Source: Leptothrix sp. (in: b-proteobacteria)
GTDB lineage: Bacteria > Pseudomonadota > Gammaproteobacteria > Burkholderiales > Burkholderiaceae_C
Length of the DNA stretch: 64,000 bases
Reading direction: 5' to 3'
NCBI GenBank assembly: GCA_041083665.1
Contig: JBFPGZ010000013.1
Span: 3,740 to 67,739, forward strand
Positions 12,601-21,055 of this stretch are shown one piece after another (the first letter of the stretch is position 1; each line of letters begins with the position of its first letter). The translations under genes and the position numbers were made by a program. The notes under the pieces are model-generated. The model made no database searches, was not told the origin of the DNA, and saw nothing but the letters and a program-made list of their open reading frames with translations.

Positions 12601-14459
12601 GCGCCGTCGCCTATGAGGGCACCCGCAACGCCGGCAGCTACACCATCACGCCGAACGGCCTGTACTCGAACCAGCAGGGCTACCTCATCAGCTACGGCAG
12701 CGGCACGCTGCAGGTGGATCAGGCCGTGCTCAGCGTCAGCGCCAACGGCTCAGCCAGCGGCAAGGTCTATGACGGCAACACGGTCACGTCGGTGAGTCTG
12801 GCGAGCAACGCCGTCGTCGGCGATCAACTGACCCTGAACTACGCCGGCGCCAATTTCGCCAACGCCAACGCCGGCAGCGGCAAGACCATCAACGTCACCG
12901 GCATCAGCATCTCCGGCGAGGACGCGGCCAACTACACGCTGCACAGCACTGCAGCCACCACCACGGCCGACATCAGTCCGAAACCGGTCAGCGTGGCGGC
13001 GCTGGACGGCGCCAGCAAGGTCTACGACGGCAGCACGGCCGCGTCGAGCGGGCTGTTCGCCGTAACCAACGGGGTCAGCGGTGACACGATCACCCTGAGC
13101 GGCAGCGCCACGCTGTCGGCCAAGGACGTCGGCACGCGCAGCTTCGAGCTGACGGGGCTGGGCCTCGACAACGGCAACTACACGATCGTTGGCGGCACCG
13201 CCAGCGGCAACGTGGCAGTGACGGCCCGTCCGGTCAGCGTCACCGCGCAGAACGGCGTCAGCAAGGTCTATGACGGCAACACGGTCACGTCGGTGAGTCT
13301 GGCGAGCAACGGCGTCTCGGGCGATCAACTGACCCTGAACTACGCCGGCGCCAATTTCGCCAATGCCAACGCCGGCAGCGGCAAGACCATCAACGTCACC
13401 GGCATCAGCGTCACCGGCGCAGACGCTGCCAACTACACGCTGCAGAACACTGCAGCCACCACCACGGCCGACATCAGTCCGAAACCGGTCGCGGTCGCCT
13501 CGCTCGATGGCGCAGCCAAGGTCTATGACGGCAGCACTGCGGCATCGAGTGGCCTGTTCACCGTCACCAACGTCGTCGTCGGTGATGCGCTGCACCTCAG
13601 CGGTGACGCCACGCTCGCCGCCAAGGATGTCGGTGCACGCAGCTTCGCGCTCGCCGGCCTGGCGCTCGACAACAGCAACTACACCCTGGTCGGCGGTTCG
13701 GCCAGCGGCAACGTCGCCGTGACGCCCCGCGCGGTGACATACGTCCTCACGCTGGCTGACCCGGCTCAGAGCTTCACCGCGACGGGGCTGGACCTGTATA
13801 CGGCCACCACCATCGGCAGCGTGCTCCAGGCTGCCGTCAACGGCCTGCCAGCCGGCGGCTCGTCGGTCAGCCTGGGCTACAGCCTGTGGAAGGATGGCGC
13901 GCAGGTGTCGGCCGTGAAGGATGCCGGCAGCTACGAAGTCCGGGCCGGCTTCAACCCGGCCAACCCGGACTACCGCATCGTTGACGCGAACAGCACCGTG
14001 CTGCGCTTCACGGTGGGCAATCCGGCTTCGCTGAACAGCGTGACGGCCGTCGCGGTCGTGCAGCAGCCGACCCAGCAACCAGCCGCATTCAGCCCCGTCA
14101 ACACCGCAGGCAGCAGAAGCTTCGGCAGCGGCGGCAACGCCATGGTCAACGTGGTGAATCTGCCCAGCTCGATCACCGACACCTTCGGCAGCGGCACGCG
14201 CTTGGCGCTGGTGTCGTCTCCCAGCGCCAACGAGCCGACCCAGACCGTCACGCTCTCCGAGGCGCGCGGGCTGATCGGAGGTGGCTCGGGCAGCGGCTCC
14301 GGCAGCAGCGCCAGCGGCGGCACGCCTGGCGCAGGCAGCGGCGAAGGAAGCCGCGAAGTACGTGTGCCGGTGAGCCGCAATTCGCTGGCTGAAATCGTCA
14401 ACGGCGGCGTGAAACTGCCCAGCGGCGTCGAACAGCAGCTGTTCATCGTCAAAGAATGA
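6669..14459 (+). CDS. TPS exoprotein (TpsA, filamentous hemagglutinin family) with a long GLUG-motif repeat region and repeated YDG domains
   Basis: N-terminal extended signal peptide 'MNRSFRLIWNDQKHTYVVAPETARGRGKRS'. The TPS/hemagglutination-activity domain includes 'AINWPSFSIGSDAAVNFQQP...GQVFLLNANGLLFG'. About 100 copies of a roughly 25-aa '..VGGLVGyNnGsIsnShAsGaVtG' GLUG-type repeat follow, then repeated 'KVYDGxTxxS' YDG-type modules. A TpsB gene lies immediately downstream. Confidence 0.85.
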   Translation: MNRSFRLIWNDQKHTYVVAPETARGRGKRSNGRAAATVSALAASLLSLAAWGAPNTLPSGGQVSAGQASIASSGNVMTVTQGTQRAAINWPSFSIGSDAAVNFQQPNAAAVILNRVVGSEQSVIDGALNANGQVFLLNANGLLFGKGASVNTAGLVASTLSLSDADFMAGKSSFTANGSQASVINLGTINAADGGYVALLGQQVSNQGAITARLGTVALAAGDKISLNFNGNSLLGVVVDQGALNALVENRQAILADGGLVVLTAKGLDAVLASAVNNSGEVRAQTVANQAGRILLLGDMQSGSVNVGGTLDASAPAGGNGGFVETSAAHVKVAADTRVTTAAAQGQAGNWLIDPHDFTIAASGGDISGTTLSNNLASGNITIQSSGGAAGTNGDLNVNDAVAWSAHTLTLTAANNVNINAVMSATGAASLALNPASANGSDAANASGTVRVGMDSNGFIGRVDFSGEGTLAIGGINYTVINSLGVAGSSNGSDLQGMNGNLSGHYVLGSNIDATSTSGWNGGAGFVPVGNGSTAFSGIFDGLGHTISGLNINRLGTDQVGLFGVGDSSAVVRNVGLAGASVSGKNFVGALMGSNHGSVANSYADAAILANVASVSYIGGLVGLNDGSIAGSHVGGSVRAEATYDVRVGGLVGGNIGQGSISGSHSTAAVTINNNGVATPDAPTLGGLAGINDGSITNSYATGAVTNGNGGLVGLNNGSISASHASGSVSGGSNLGGLVGLNTGSIADSYAETGAITGLDNIGGLVGLSTSTGSIARSHANGNVSASRWMVGGLVGVNQGSISDSQADIGTVSSSDWFGHSMAGGLVGYNSGSITGSQATGNVSGPSAEVGGLVGKSEGTGASISNSHASGAVAGGGNTGGLVGFNTGAISVSDASGTVTSGGDNIGGLVGYNESGASIAASHSTGNATGHTGVGGLAGVNRGSVSDSSATGSVSAGEFWGGSSAGGLVGYNTGDISNSSAAGAVTATGSNVGGLVGAADAGSVTNSHATGAAAGVSNVGGLIGLSRVAISGSDATGAISGLGDNIGGLVGDNEGGSIGASHSSGNVTGHTGVGGLAGVNRGAISDSQATGSVTAGEFWGGSSAGGLVGWNNGAISHSSAGGAVTAAGANVGGLIGVNDGGSISASHASGAVAGTDSVGGLIGYNNLTITGSDASGAVSASGSNVGGLVGNNDGSGSISASHASGNVTGFTTVGGLVGVNRGGISDSQADTGTVSAGNFWGGSTAGGLVGYNTGAISNSSAGGVVTATGSGVGGLVGTIDVGGSVSNSHAGGPVSGTSDVGGLVGYNRASISGSDASGAVTGSGDNVGGLLGTNNGGTVSASHASGAVVGSSNIGGLVGYNNATVSASDASGAVSASGSNVGGLVGNNDAGGSISTGHSTGNITGFTSVGGLAGVNRGSISDSQADTGTVSAGNFWGGSSAGGLVGYNTGTISGSTAAVAVTATGSGVGGLVGTADAGNISSSHATGAVAGTDNVGGLVGYSRAAISGSDAIGNVSGSGSNVGGLVGNNDSGGSISTSYADIGVVAGNSNVGGLVGNNAGNVANSHASGAVTSNGDNVGGLVGNNNSGISTSYATGAASGRNAVGGLVGLNNSAALSDDYASGTVTGVTNVGGLVGYNNHGTLSNSFYDVDQVDINGGKLLTAGGIYDAQFQDWIGHGRTLNIADYAANLSHDSESGTYGVSSAAGLRDMLGFAESNNAGLTFRLKNSIDLAQTPELWVPYFAASFDGGSKVIANASIQAQNINDQVGFFGQQLGSVSNLGLPNISVAGHSRTGGLAGYNQGSISNSYVEGSVSGTDVTGGLVGENQGSISNSYAAAQVAGNVFVGGLAGANTGTIDKTYATGQVNGNAVVAGLVGSNEGVVNASFWDNAGGSLSTADARLQANYTSATAANGNANPGWDFNNTWVIYDGHSHPLLRSFMTPLTITANNALKTYDGQAYDGSAGLSYSDTPDQSKLLGAVAYEGTRNAGSYTITPNGLYSNQQGYLISYGSGTLQVDQAVLSVSANGSASGKVYDGNTVTSVSLASNAVVGDQLTLNYAGANFANANAGSGKTINVTGISISGEDAANYTLHSTAATTTADISPKPVSVAALDGASKVYDGSTAASSGLFAVTNGVSGDTITLSGSATLSAKDVGTRSFELTGLGLDNGNYTIVGGTASGNVAVTARPVSVTAQNGVSKVYDGNTVTSVSLASNGVSGDQLTLNYAGANFANANAGSGKTINVTGISVTGADAANYTLQNTAATTTADISPKPVAVASLDGAAKVYDGSTAASSGLFTVTNVVVGDALHLSGDATLAAKDVGARSFALAGLALDNSNYTLVGGSASGNVAVTPRAVTYVLTLADPAQSFTATGLDLYTATTIGSVLQAAVNGLPAGGSSVSLGYSLWKDGAQVSAVKDAGSYEVRAGFNPANPDYRIVDANSTVLRFTVGNPASLNSVTAVAVVQQPTQQPAAFSPVNTAGSRSFGSGGNAMVNVVNLPSSITDTFGSGTRLALVSSPSANEPTQTVTLSEARGLIGGGSGSGSGSSASGGTPGAGSGEGSREVRVPVSRNSLAEIVNGGVKLPSGVEQQLFIVKE
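8450..11620 (+). repeat. Roughly 75-bp (25-codon) tandem GLUG-motif repeat region inside tpsA-1, about 40-ish to 100 copies depending on degeneracy
   Basis: Periodic 'GGCGGCCTGGTCGGCTACAAC...AGCATCAGC...' units are visible in the nucleotide sequence, and 'NVGGLVG' recurs in the translation. Confidence 0.75.
12766..13740 (+). repeat. Tandem duplication of a roughly 490-bp double-YDG module inside tpsA-1
   Basis: Sequence starting 'gtctatgacggcaacacggtcacgtcggtgagtctggcgagcaacg...' at about 12766 recurs at about 13256. The first roughly 230 bp are near-identical and the rest about 85-90% identical. Confidence 0.7.
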
Positions 14460-16180
14460 TTGATCAAGGCAAGCCCATGAACAAGCAAATGCTCAAGCCC
14501 TCGGCGCTCGCTGTCGCCATTTCTCTGGCCCTGGCTGCGACGGCGGCGGCCGCGCAGACGGTGCCGAACATCGGCGACGCCCTGCACCAGGTGCAGCCGC
14601 CCGAAGTCCCCGCGCCCCGCACGCCGGCCGTGCCGCAGATCGGCGGCGCCCAGCAGCCGATCGAGCCGCCGATGACGGCGCTGCCCGGCGGACCGAAGGT
14701 CGAGGTCAAGGCCATCGAGGTGATCGGCAACCGCGTCATCGACACGGCCAGCCTGGCCGCACTGGTGGCCGATGGCGCCGGCCAGGCGCTCACGCTGGCC
14801 GACCTGGAAGGGCTGGCGCAGCGCATCACCAAGCACTACCGCGCCAGCGGCTATTTCGTGGCGCGGGCCTACATCCCGGCCCAGGACGTCACCACCGGCA
14901 CGGTGAAGATCCGCGTCGTCGAAGGCAACTACGGCCGCTTCCACCTGAAGAACAAGTCGCTGGTGCGTGACGAGATCGTCCAGGGCATGCTCGACGACAT
15001 CAAGGACCGCGACATCGTCTCGCTCGACACCCTTGAGCGGGCGATGCTGATCATCAACGACACCCCCGGGGTCCAGGTCACGCGCGCCGACGTGATGCCG
15101 GGCGAGCAGGTCGGCACCTCCGACTTCGCGGTCGATACGGTGGCCACTGCGGCCCGCAACGGCTACGTGATGCTGGACAACTACGGCTCGGTCTACACCG
15201 GCAAGAACCGCCTGAGCTTCAACGTCGACAGCAACTCGCCGACCGGCAGCGGCGATCGCCTGTCGGTCAGCGGGCTAGGCACCAGCGGTGCCAACCTGCT
15301 GAACGGCCGGCTCGGCTACTCGACCTCGCTGGCGCCAAACGGCCTGCGCGGCGAGATGGCGTTGAGCCAGACCAACTACCAGCTCGGCAGCACCTACGCC
15401 GCACTCGACGCGGTCGGAACGGCGAAGTCGATCGACGCGGCGCTGACCTACCCGGTCCGGCGCATCCGGGCCCAGACCGTCGAGGCCAGTTTCGCGCTCG
15501 GCTACAAGGATTTGCGCGACGAGATTCGCTCCGCCGGCACCAGCACGCCGAAGACGCTGGCCTCTGCGGCGGCTGGGCTGTCGGTGCGCGACGAAGGCAC
15601 GCTGCTCGGTTTCGACGGCCTGACCCAGGCCGGTGCGACGCTGACCTTCGGCAGTCTCGACATCAAGGACAGCGCCGCCAAGGCGCTCGACGCCGCCGGG
15701 CCGCAGACCAACGGCCAGTACGGCAAGCTGGCGCTCAACCTCAGCCGCACCAGCCTGCTGCCCGACAGCTTCACGCTGAACACCGCCATCAAGGGGCAGT
15801 ACGCACTGAACAACAAGACCCTGGATGGCAGCGAGCGCATGACCGTCTCAGGTTCCGGCGCGGTGATGGCCTACCCCTCGGGCGAGCTGATCGGCGACAA
15901 GGCGCTGTTCGTCCACGCCGAGCTGAGCCGGCCGCTGCCGGCCCAGGGCGACCTGCAGAGCAGCTGGGCCCTGTTCGCCAACTATGGCGAAGCCAGAAGC
16001 TGGCAGGCCGGCTCCGGCCACTCGCAGCGCCACATTGCCGACGCCGGCATCGGCCTCAACGCCAGCTACCACGGCCTGCTGCTGCGCGCCCATCTGGCGC
16101 GCCGGATGGATCCGGCCAGCCCGCTCAGCGAACCCGAGTCGCGCAACAAGCTGCTGCTGCAAGCCGGCTGGACCTTCTGA
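14456..16180 (+). CDS. TPS transporter (TpsB; ShlB/FhaC/HecB family hemolysin activation/secretion protein)
   Basis: Signal peptide 'ALAVAISLALAATAAAAQ', POTRA-like region and C-terminal beta-barrel; 574 aa. Its start codon overlaps the tpsA-1 stop (ATGA), suggesting translational coupling. Confidence 0.8.
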   Translation: MIDQGKPMNKQMLKPSALAVAISLALAATAAAAQTVPNIGDALHQVQPPEVPAPRTPAVPQIGGAQQPIEPPMTALPGGPKVEVKAIEVIGNRVIDTASLAALVADGAGQALTLADLEGLAQRITKHYRASGYFVARAYIPAQDVTTGTVKIRVVEGNYGRFHLKNKSLVRDEIVQGMLDDIKDRDIVSLDTLERAMLIINDTPGVQVTRADVMPGEQVGTSDFAVDTVATAARNGYVMLDNYGSVYTGKNRLSFNVDSNSPTGSGDRLSVSGLGTSGANLLNGRLGYSTSLAPNGLRGEMALSQTNYQLGSTYAALDAVGTAKSIDAALTYPVRRIRAQTVEASFALGYKDLRDEIRSAGTSTPKTLASAAAGLSVRDEGTLLGFDGLTQAGATLTFGSLDIKDSAAKALDAAGPQTNGQYGKLALNLSRTSLLPDSFTLNTAIKGQYALNNKTLDGSERMTVSGSGAVMAYPSGELIGDKALFVHAELSRPLPAQGDLQSSWALFANYGEARSWQAGSGHSQRHIADAGIGLNASYHGLLLRAHLARRMDPASPLSEPESRNKLLLQAGWTF

Positions 16181-16191
16181 ACGTCGCCCAG

Positions 16192-16222
16192 CGGCAACCC
16201 TGCTGACACTCTCTCAGGGTTG
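16192..16222. terminator. Candidate bidirectional hairpin terminator between convergent tpsB-1 and fdsD
   Basis: GCAACCCTG-13 nt-CAGGGTTGC forms a 9-bp perfect inverted repeat in the 33-bp convergent gap. Confidence 0.35.
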
Positions 16223-16477
16223 CAGCCTGTCGCGCTGCGCCGTGACGGCCATCCGCACCAGCTCGCTCAAGCCGGCGCCGCCCTGCGGGCCATCGAGATA
16301 TTCATACAGGCGCCGCCGCATGCGCGGCTCCCAGAACTTGTGAATATGGTTGGCAACCCCTTCCAGCGCCTCTTCGTGGCAGGGATAGGCCGCAAAGAAT
16401 TCGCCGATGCGATTCGCCAGCCGCACGATGGTCTGCTCCGCATCGTGATGCAGCTCGGGGGTTTCCAGGCTGCTCAT
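16214..16477 (-). CDS. fdsD: Formate dehydrogenase delta subunit (FdsD-like)
   Basis: Small protein (87 aa) immediately downstream of fdsA and overlapping it by 4 bp. Position and size match fdsD of NAD-dependent FDH operons. Confidence 0.65.
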   Translation of the reverse strand: MSSLETPELHHDAEQTIVRLANRIGEFFAAYPCHEEALEGVANHIHKFWEPRMRRRLYEYLDGPQGGAGLSELVRMAVTAQRDRLQP

Positions 16478-19437
16478 CGTGCCGTCTCCTTGGCCATCTT
16501 TTCCATGTCACGAGCCTGCGCCAGCAACTGCTGCTGCGTCTGGCTGAAAACAGCGAAATCCTGCTGCCAATCGCTTTGCGGCTGCGCCACCTTGCTCACC
16601 TGCACCGCCGTCACTTTATATTCAGGGCAATTGGTGGCCCAGTCGCTGGAATCGGTGGTGATGACGTTGGCGCCCGACTCCGGGAAATGGAAGGTGGTGT
16701 AAACCACCCCCGGCTGCACCCGTTCGGTCACATCGGCGCGCAATACCGTATCACCGGCACGGCTGCTGATGCCGACCCAATCACCCTGTTTGACACCGCG
16801 TTCCTCGGCATCGTGCGGATGGATTTCCAGCCGGTCTTCCTCGTGCCAGCGGCTGTTTTCAGTGCGACGGGTTTGCGCGCCGACGTTGTATTGGCTCAAG
16901 ACCCGCCCGGTGGTCAGGATGAGCGGAAAGCGCCGGGTGATTTTCTCTTCGCTCGGCACATATTGCGTGATGAAGAACTTGCCCTTGCCGCGCACAAAAT
17001 GGTCGATGTGCATGGTCGCCGTGCCGGCCTCATCGGTATCTTCGTTGCACGGCCACTGCACGCTGCCCAGGCGCTCGATCTTCTCGTAGCTCACCCCCGC
17101 AAAACTCGGTGTCAGCGCGGCAATCTCGGCCATGATCTGCTCGGGATGTTCGTACTGCATCGGATAACCCAGCGCGTTGGCAAACGCCTGCGTCACCTGC
17201 CAGTCGGCATACCCGGCCAGCGGCGGCATGACCTGGCGCACGCGGGAAATACGCCGTTCGGCATTCGTGAAGGTGCCGTCCTTTTCCAGGAACGACGAGC
17301 CCGGCAAGAATACATGCGCGTACTTGGCCGTCTCGTTCAGGAAGATATCCTGCACCACCACACATTCCATGCTGGCCAGCGCGGCCGCCACATGCTGGGT
17401 ATTCGGGTCGGACTGTGCCGGATCTTCCCCCTGCACATAAAGTGCTTTGAAACTGCCTTCCAGCGCCGCATCCAGCATGTTCGGAATGCGCAGGCCCGGC
17501 TCAGGGTTCAGCGTCACGCCCCAGGCCGCTTCAAATTGCGTGCGCACCGTCGTATCTGAAATATGCCGATAGCCCGGCAGCTCGTGCGGGAAACTGCCCA
17601 TGTCGCAGCTGCCCTGCACATTATTCTGGCCGCGCAGCGGATTCACGCCCACCCCTTCGCGGCCGACCATGCCGCAAGCCATCGCCAGATTGGCGATGCC
17701 GATCACCATCGTGGAGCCCTGCGCGTGTTCGGTGACGCCCAAACCATAATAGATTGCGCTGTTGCCGTTGCGCCCGCCTTGTGCGTACAGGCGCGCAGCG
17801 GCGCGTACCCGCTCGGCCGGCACGCCGCTGGCCTCAAACAGCGCTTCGGGCGAGTTTTCCGGCCGGGCGACAAAATCGCGCCACTGCTGGAAACTCTTGG
17901 CCTCGCAGCGCTCGGCCACATAAGCCTCGTTCACCAGCCCTTCGGTCACCACCACATGCGCCAGCGCGGTGATCACCGCCACATTGGTGCCGGGTTTCAG
18001 CTGCAGATGCTGCTCGGCGTGAATATGCGGGCTATCGACCAGCTCGATGCGGCGCGGATCGACCACGATCAGCTGGGCGCCTTGGCGCAAACGTTTCTTC
18101 AGCCGCGAGGCAAACACCGGGTGGCCTTCGCTCGGATTGGCACCGATCACCAGCACCACATCAGCCTGCTCGACCGACTTGAAGGTTTGCGTCCCCGCTG
18201 AAGTGCCAAAAGTCTGGCCCAGACCATAACCGGTCGGGCTGTGGCAGACGCGGGCACAGGTATCGACGTTGTTGGTACCAAAAGCCGCCCGAATCAGCTT
18301 TTGCACCAGATAGGTTTCTTCGTTGGTGCAACGGCTCGACGTGATGCCGCCGACTGAATCGCGGCCATATTTGGTCTGGATACGGCGGAATTCTCCAGCG
18401 GCGTGGCTCAAAGCCTCGTCCCAGCTTACTTCACGCCACGGATCGGTGATCTTGGCGCGGATCATCGGTTTGGTCAGGCGGTCCTTGTGGGTCGCATAAC
18501 CCCAGGCAAAGCGGCCCTTGATGCAGCTGTGACCCTCGTTGGCCTTGCCGTCTTTCCACGGCACCATGCGCACGACTTGCGTGCCTTTCATCTCGGCCTT
18601 GAAACTGCAGCCAACCCCGCAATAAGCGCAGGTGGTGATGATGCTGTGCTCGGGCTGGCCGAGTTCGATGACGGTTTTCTCGGTCAGCGTCGCGGTCGGG
18701 CAGGCTTGCACGCAGGCGCCGCAAGAGACACAGTCGCTTTGCATGAACGATTCATTCATGCCGGGCGAAACGCGGGACTCGAAACCCCGCCCTGAAATGG
18801 TCAGCGCAAAGGTGCCCTGCACTTCCTCGCAGGCGCGCACGCAGCGATTGCAGACGATGCACTTGGCCGGATCGTAAGTGAAATAGGGGTTCGACTCGTC
18901 CTTGCTGCTGTCCAGATGGTGCCGCCCGGTGATCCCCGCCACCGGATTTTCGCCGACACCGTAGCGCACGTTTCTCAAACCCACCACACCCGCCTGGGTC
19001 TGCAATTCGCAGTCACCATTCGCGGCGCAGGTCAAGCAATCGAGCGGGTGGTCGCTGATATACAGCTCCATCACGCCTTTGCGCAGCTGCTGCAGCTTGG
19101 GGCTTTGTGTGCGCACGCTCATGCCGGCTTCGGCCGGCGTGGTGCAGGAGGCCGGATAACCCTTGCGACCGTCGATCTCGACCAGGCAGAGCCGGCACGA
19201 GCCAAACGGCTCCAGCATGTCGGTGGCGCAGAGTTTCGGCACCTGGATGCCGGCATCGACTGCCGCGCGCATCAGCGAGGTGCCTTTTGGCACCGTGACG
19301 GCAAAGCCGTCGATATTTAGCGAAACGGTTTCCGTTGAGGTACTGGCTGGCGTGCCATAGTCAGTGTCGTGACTGTGCGTATGGCAGTGACTGGCGGGAC
19401 GCTGCAGATGGATGGGAAATACAGGAGCATTCATCAC
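16474..19437 (-). CDS. fdsA: NAD-dependent formate dehydrogenase alpha subunit (molybdopterin, Fe-S)
   Basis: N-terminal 2Fe-2S and 4Fe-4S cysteine clusters ('CATDMLEPFGSCRLC', 'CIVCNRCVRACEE', 'CVSCGACVQACP'). The molybdopterin oxidoreductase core contains 'TCAYCGVGC'. 987 aa. Confidence 0.9.
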   Translation of the reverse strand: MMNAPVFPIHLQRPASHCHTHSHDTDYGTPASTSTETVSLNIDGFAVTVPKGTSLMRAAVDAGIQVPKLCATDMLEPFGSCRLCLVEIDGRKGYPASCTTPAEAGMSVRTQSPKLQQLRKGVMELYISDHPLDCLTCAANGDCELQTQAGVVGLRNVRYGVGENPVAGITGRHHLDSSKDESNPYFTYDPAKCIVCNRCVRACEEVQGTFALTISGRGFESRVSPGMNESFMQSDCVSCGACVQACPTATLTEKTVIELGQPEHSIITTCAYCGVGCSFKAEMKGTQVVRMVPWKDGKANEGHSCIKGRFAWGYATHKDRLTKPMIRAKITDPWREVSWDEALSHAAGEFRRIQTKYGRDSVGGITSSRCTNEETYLVQKLIRAAFGTNNVDTCARVCHSPTGYGLGQTFGTSAGTQTFKSVEQADVVLVIGANPSEGHPVFASRLKKRLRQGAQLIVVDPRRIELVDSPHIHAEQHLQLKPGTNVAVITALAHVVVTEGLVNEAYVAERCEAKSFQQWRDFVARPENSPEALFEASGVPAERVRAAARLYAQGGRNGNSAIYYGLGVTEHAQGSTMVIGIANLAMACGMVGREGVGVNPLRGQNNVQGSCDMGSFPHELPGYRHISDTTVRTQFEAAWGVTLNPEPGLRIPNMLDAALEGSFKALYVQGEDPAQSDPNTQHVAAALASMECVVVQDIFLNETAKYAHVFLPGSSFLEKDGTFTNAERRISRVRQVMPPLAGYADWQVTQAFANALGYPMQYEHPEQIMAEIAALTPSFAGVSYEKIERLGSVQWPCNEDTDEAGTATMHIDHFVRGKGKFFITQYVPSEEKITRRFPLILTTGRVLSQYNVGAQTRRTENSRWHEEDRLEIHPHDAEERGVKQGDWVGISSRAGDTVLRADVTERVQPGVVYTTFHFPESGANVITTDSSDWATNCPEYKVTAVQVSKVAQPQSDWQQDFAVFSQTQQQLLAQARDMEKMAKETAR

Positions 19438-19444
19438 GGTCTCC

Positions 19445-21055
19445 TCAGACCGCCGCTGCGGCCGGAGCCGATGCGGTTTGCTGGTCCGTCAGGCCAAAAT
19501 CGGCCGGATAATGATTCAAGGCTGAAAGCACCGGATACGGCGTCATGCCGCCCATGGCGCACAAACTGCCACCGAGCATGGTGTCGCACAAATCGCGCAG
19601 CAACTCGATCTGCTGGTCGCGCATCTGCGGTTTGTCGCGGTGCAGCGTGATGCGGTCAATCACCTCGACACCACGCGTGGAACCAATACGGCACGGCGTG
19701 CATTTCCCGCACGATTCGAGCGCGCAGAATTCCATCGCATACCGTGCCAGCGCGGCCATGTCGGTGCGGTCGTCGTGCACCACCAGACCGCCGTGACCCA
19801 GCACCGCGCCGATGGCGGCATAAGCCTCATAATCAAGCGGCACGTCCCATTGCGATTCCGGGATATAGGCGCCGAGCGGGCCACCCACCTGCACCGCCTT
19901 GACAGGTCGGCCACTCGCGGTGCCGCCGCCAAAATCAAACAGCAGTTCGCGCAAAGTCAGGCCAAAAGCACGTTCTACCAGACCACCGTGCTTGATATTG
20001 CCGGCAAGTTGAAACGGCAGCGTGCCGGTCGAACGGCCAACGCCGTAATCGCGGTAGAACTGCGCGCCACGCGCCAATATCAAGGGCGCAGCGGCAAAGG
20101 TCAGCACGTTATTGATGACAGTCGGCTGGCCGAACAGACCGGCCAGTGCCGGCAGCGGCGGTTTGGCGCGCACGATGCCGCGCTTGCCTTCCAGACTTTC
20201 AAGCAGCGCAGTTTCTTCGCCGCAGACATAGGAGCCAGCGCCCATGCGCACGTCCAGCTCGAAGCGTTTACCGCTGCCCTGGATATCGTCACCGAGCCAG
20301 CCGGCGGTGCGCGCGCGCAGCACCGCCTCGCGCATGGTAGCGACAGCATGCGGATATTCGGAACGAATATAGATATAACCTTGCTCGGCACCAACGGCCA
20401 AGGCGGCAATCGTCATGCCTTCGATCAGCAGATACGGGTCGCCTTCCATCACCATGCGATCCGCAAAGGTGCCGGAATCACCTTCGTCGGCGTTGCAGAC
20501 GATGTATTTGATACCGCCGGGCTGGGTTTTTGCCTGCGCCACGGTATTCCACTTGATACCAGCCGGAAAGGCGGCGCCGCCACGGCCGCGCAAACCCGAC
20601 TGGGTGATCTGCTGGATGATCTCGGCGCCGGCCAGATTCAAGGCGGCCTTCAGGCCAGCCCAGCCCTCGTGCGCAGCGTAATCAGCCAGCGAGGTCGGAT
20701 CGGTCACGCCGATGCGCGCAAAAGTCAGGCGCTGCTGGCGTGCCAGATAAGGGATCTGTTCGGTCAGGCCGTGGCGCAGCGGGTGGCTGGCCGGCTGGCC
20801 AGCGGCGTCGGCCTGCAGGGCGGGCCACAGGCCGGGCACGTCTTCAGGCGCCACCGGGCCGTAGGCAACGCGGCCCTGCGGCGTCACGACCTCGACCAGC
20901 GGCTCCAGCCAGAACAGGCCGCGCGAGCCGTTGCGGACCAGGGTCAGCGCGCCGACATCGGCCGGTGCATGCGAGTGCAGCGCAGCGGCGACCGCATCGG
21001 CGCCGACTGCCAGCGCGGCGCTGTCGCAGGGAACAAAAAGGCTCAGGTCGGTCAT
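19445..21055 (-). CDS. fdsB: Formate dehydrogenase beta subunit (NuoF-like NAD/FMN-binding, 4Fe-4S)
   Basis: NuoF/51-kDa-like motifs 'GRGGAAFPAGIKW' and 'YIVCNADEGDSGTF', plus C-terminal 'ESCGKCTPCR'. Confidence 0.9.
   Translation of the reverse strand: MTDLSLFVPCDSAALAVGADAVAAALHSHAPADVGALTLVRNGSRGLFWLEPLVEVVTPQGRVAYGPVAPEDVPGLWPALQADAAGQPASHPLRHGLTEQIPYLARQQRLTFARIGVTDPTSLADYAAHEGWAGLKAALNLAGAEIIQQITQSGLRGRGGAAFPAGIKWNTVAQAKTQPGGIKYIVCNADEGDSGTFADRMVMEGDPYLLIEGMTIAALAVGAEQGYIYIRSEYPHAVATMREAVLRARTAGWLGDDIQGSGKRFELDVRMGAGSYVCGEETALLESLEGKRGIVRAKPPLPALAGLFGQPTVINNVLTFAAAPLILARGAQFYRDYGVGRSTGTLPFQLAGNIKHGGLVERAFGLTLRELLFDFGGGTASGRPVKAVQVGGPLGAYIPESQWDVPLDYEAYAAIGAVLGHGGLVVHDDRTDMAALARYAMEFCALESCGKCTPCRIGSTRGVEVIDRITLHRDKPQMRDQQIELLRDLCDTMLGGSLCAMGGMTPYPVLSALNHYPADFGLTDQQTASAPAAAAV

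Noticed and set aside
12750-14078. 442-aa minus-strand ORF
   Set aside because: It is antisense to the YDG region of tpsA-1, has no motifs, and is a repeat-driven open frame.
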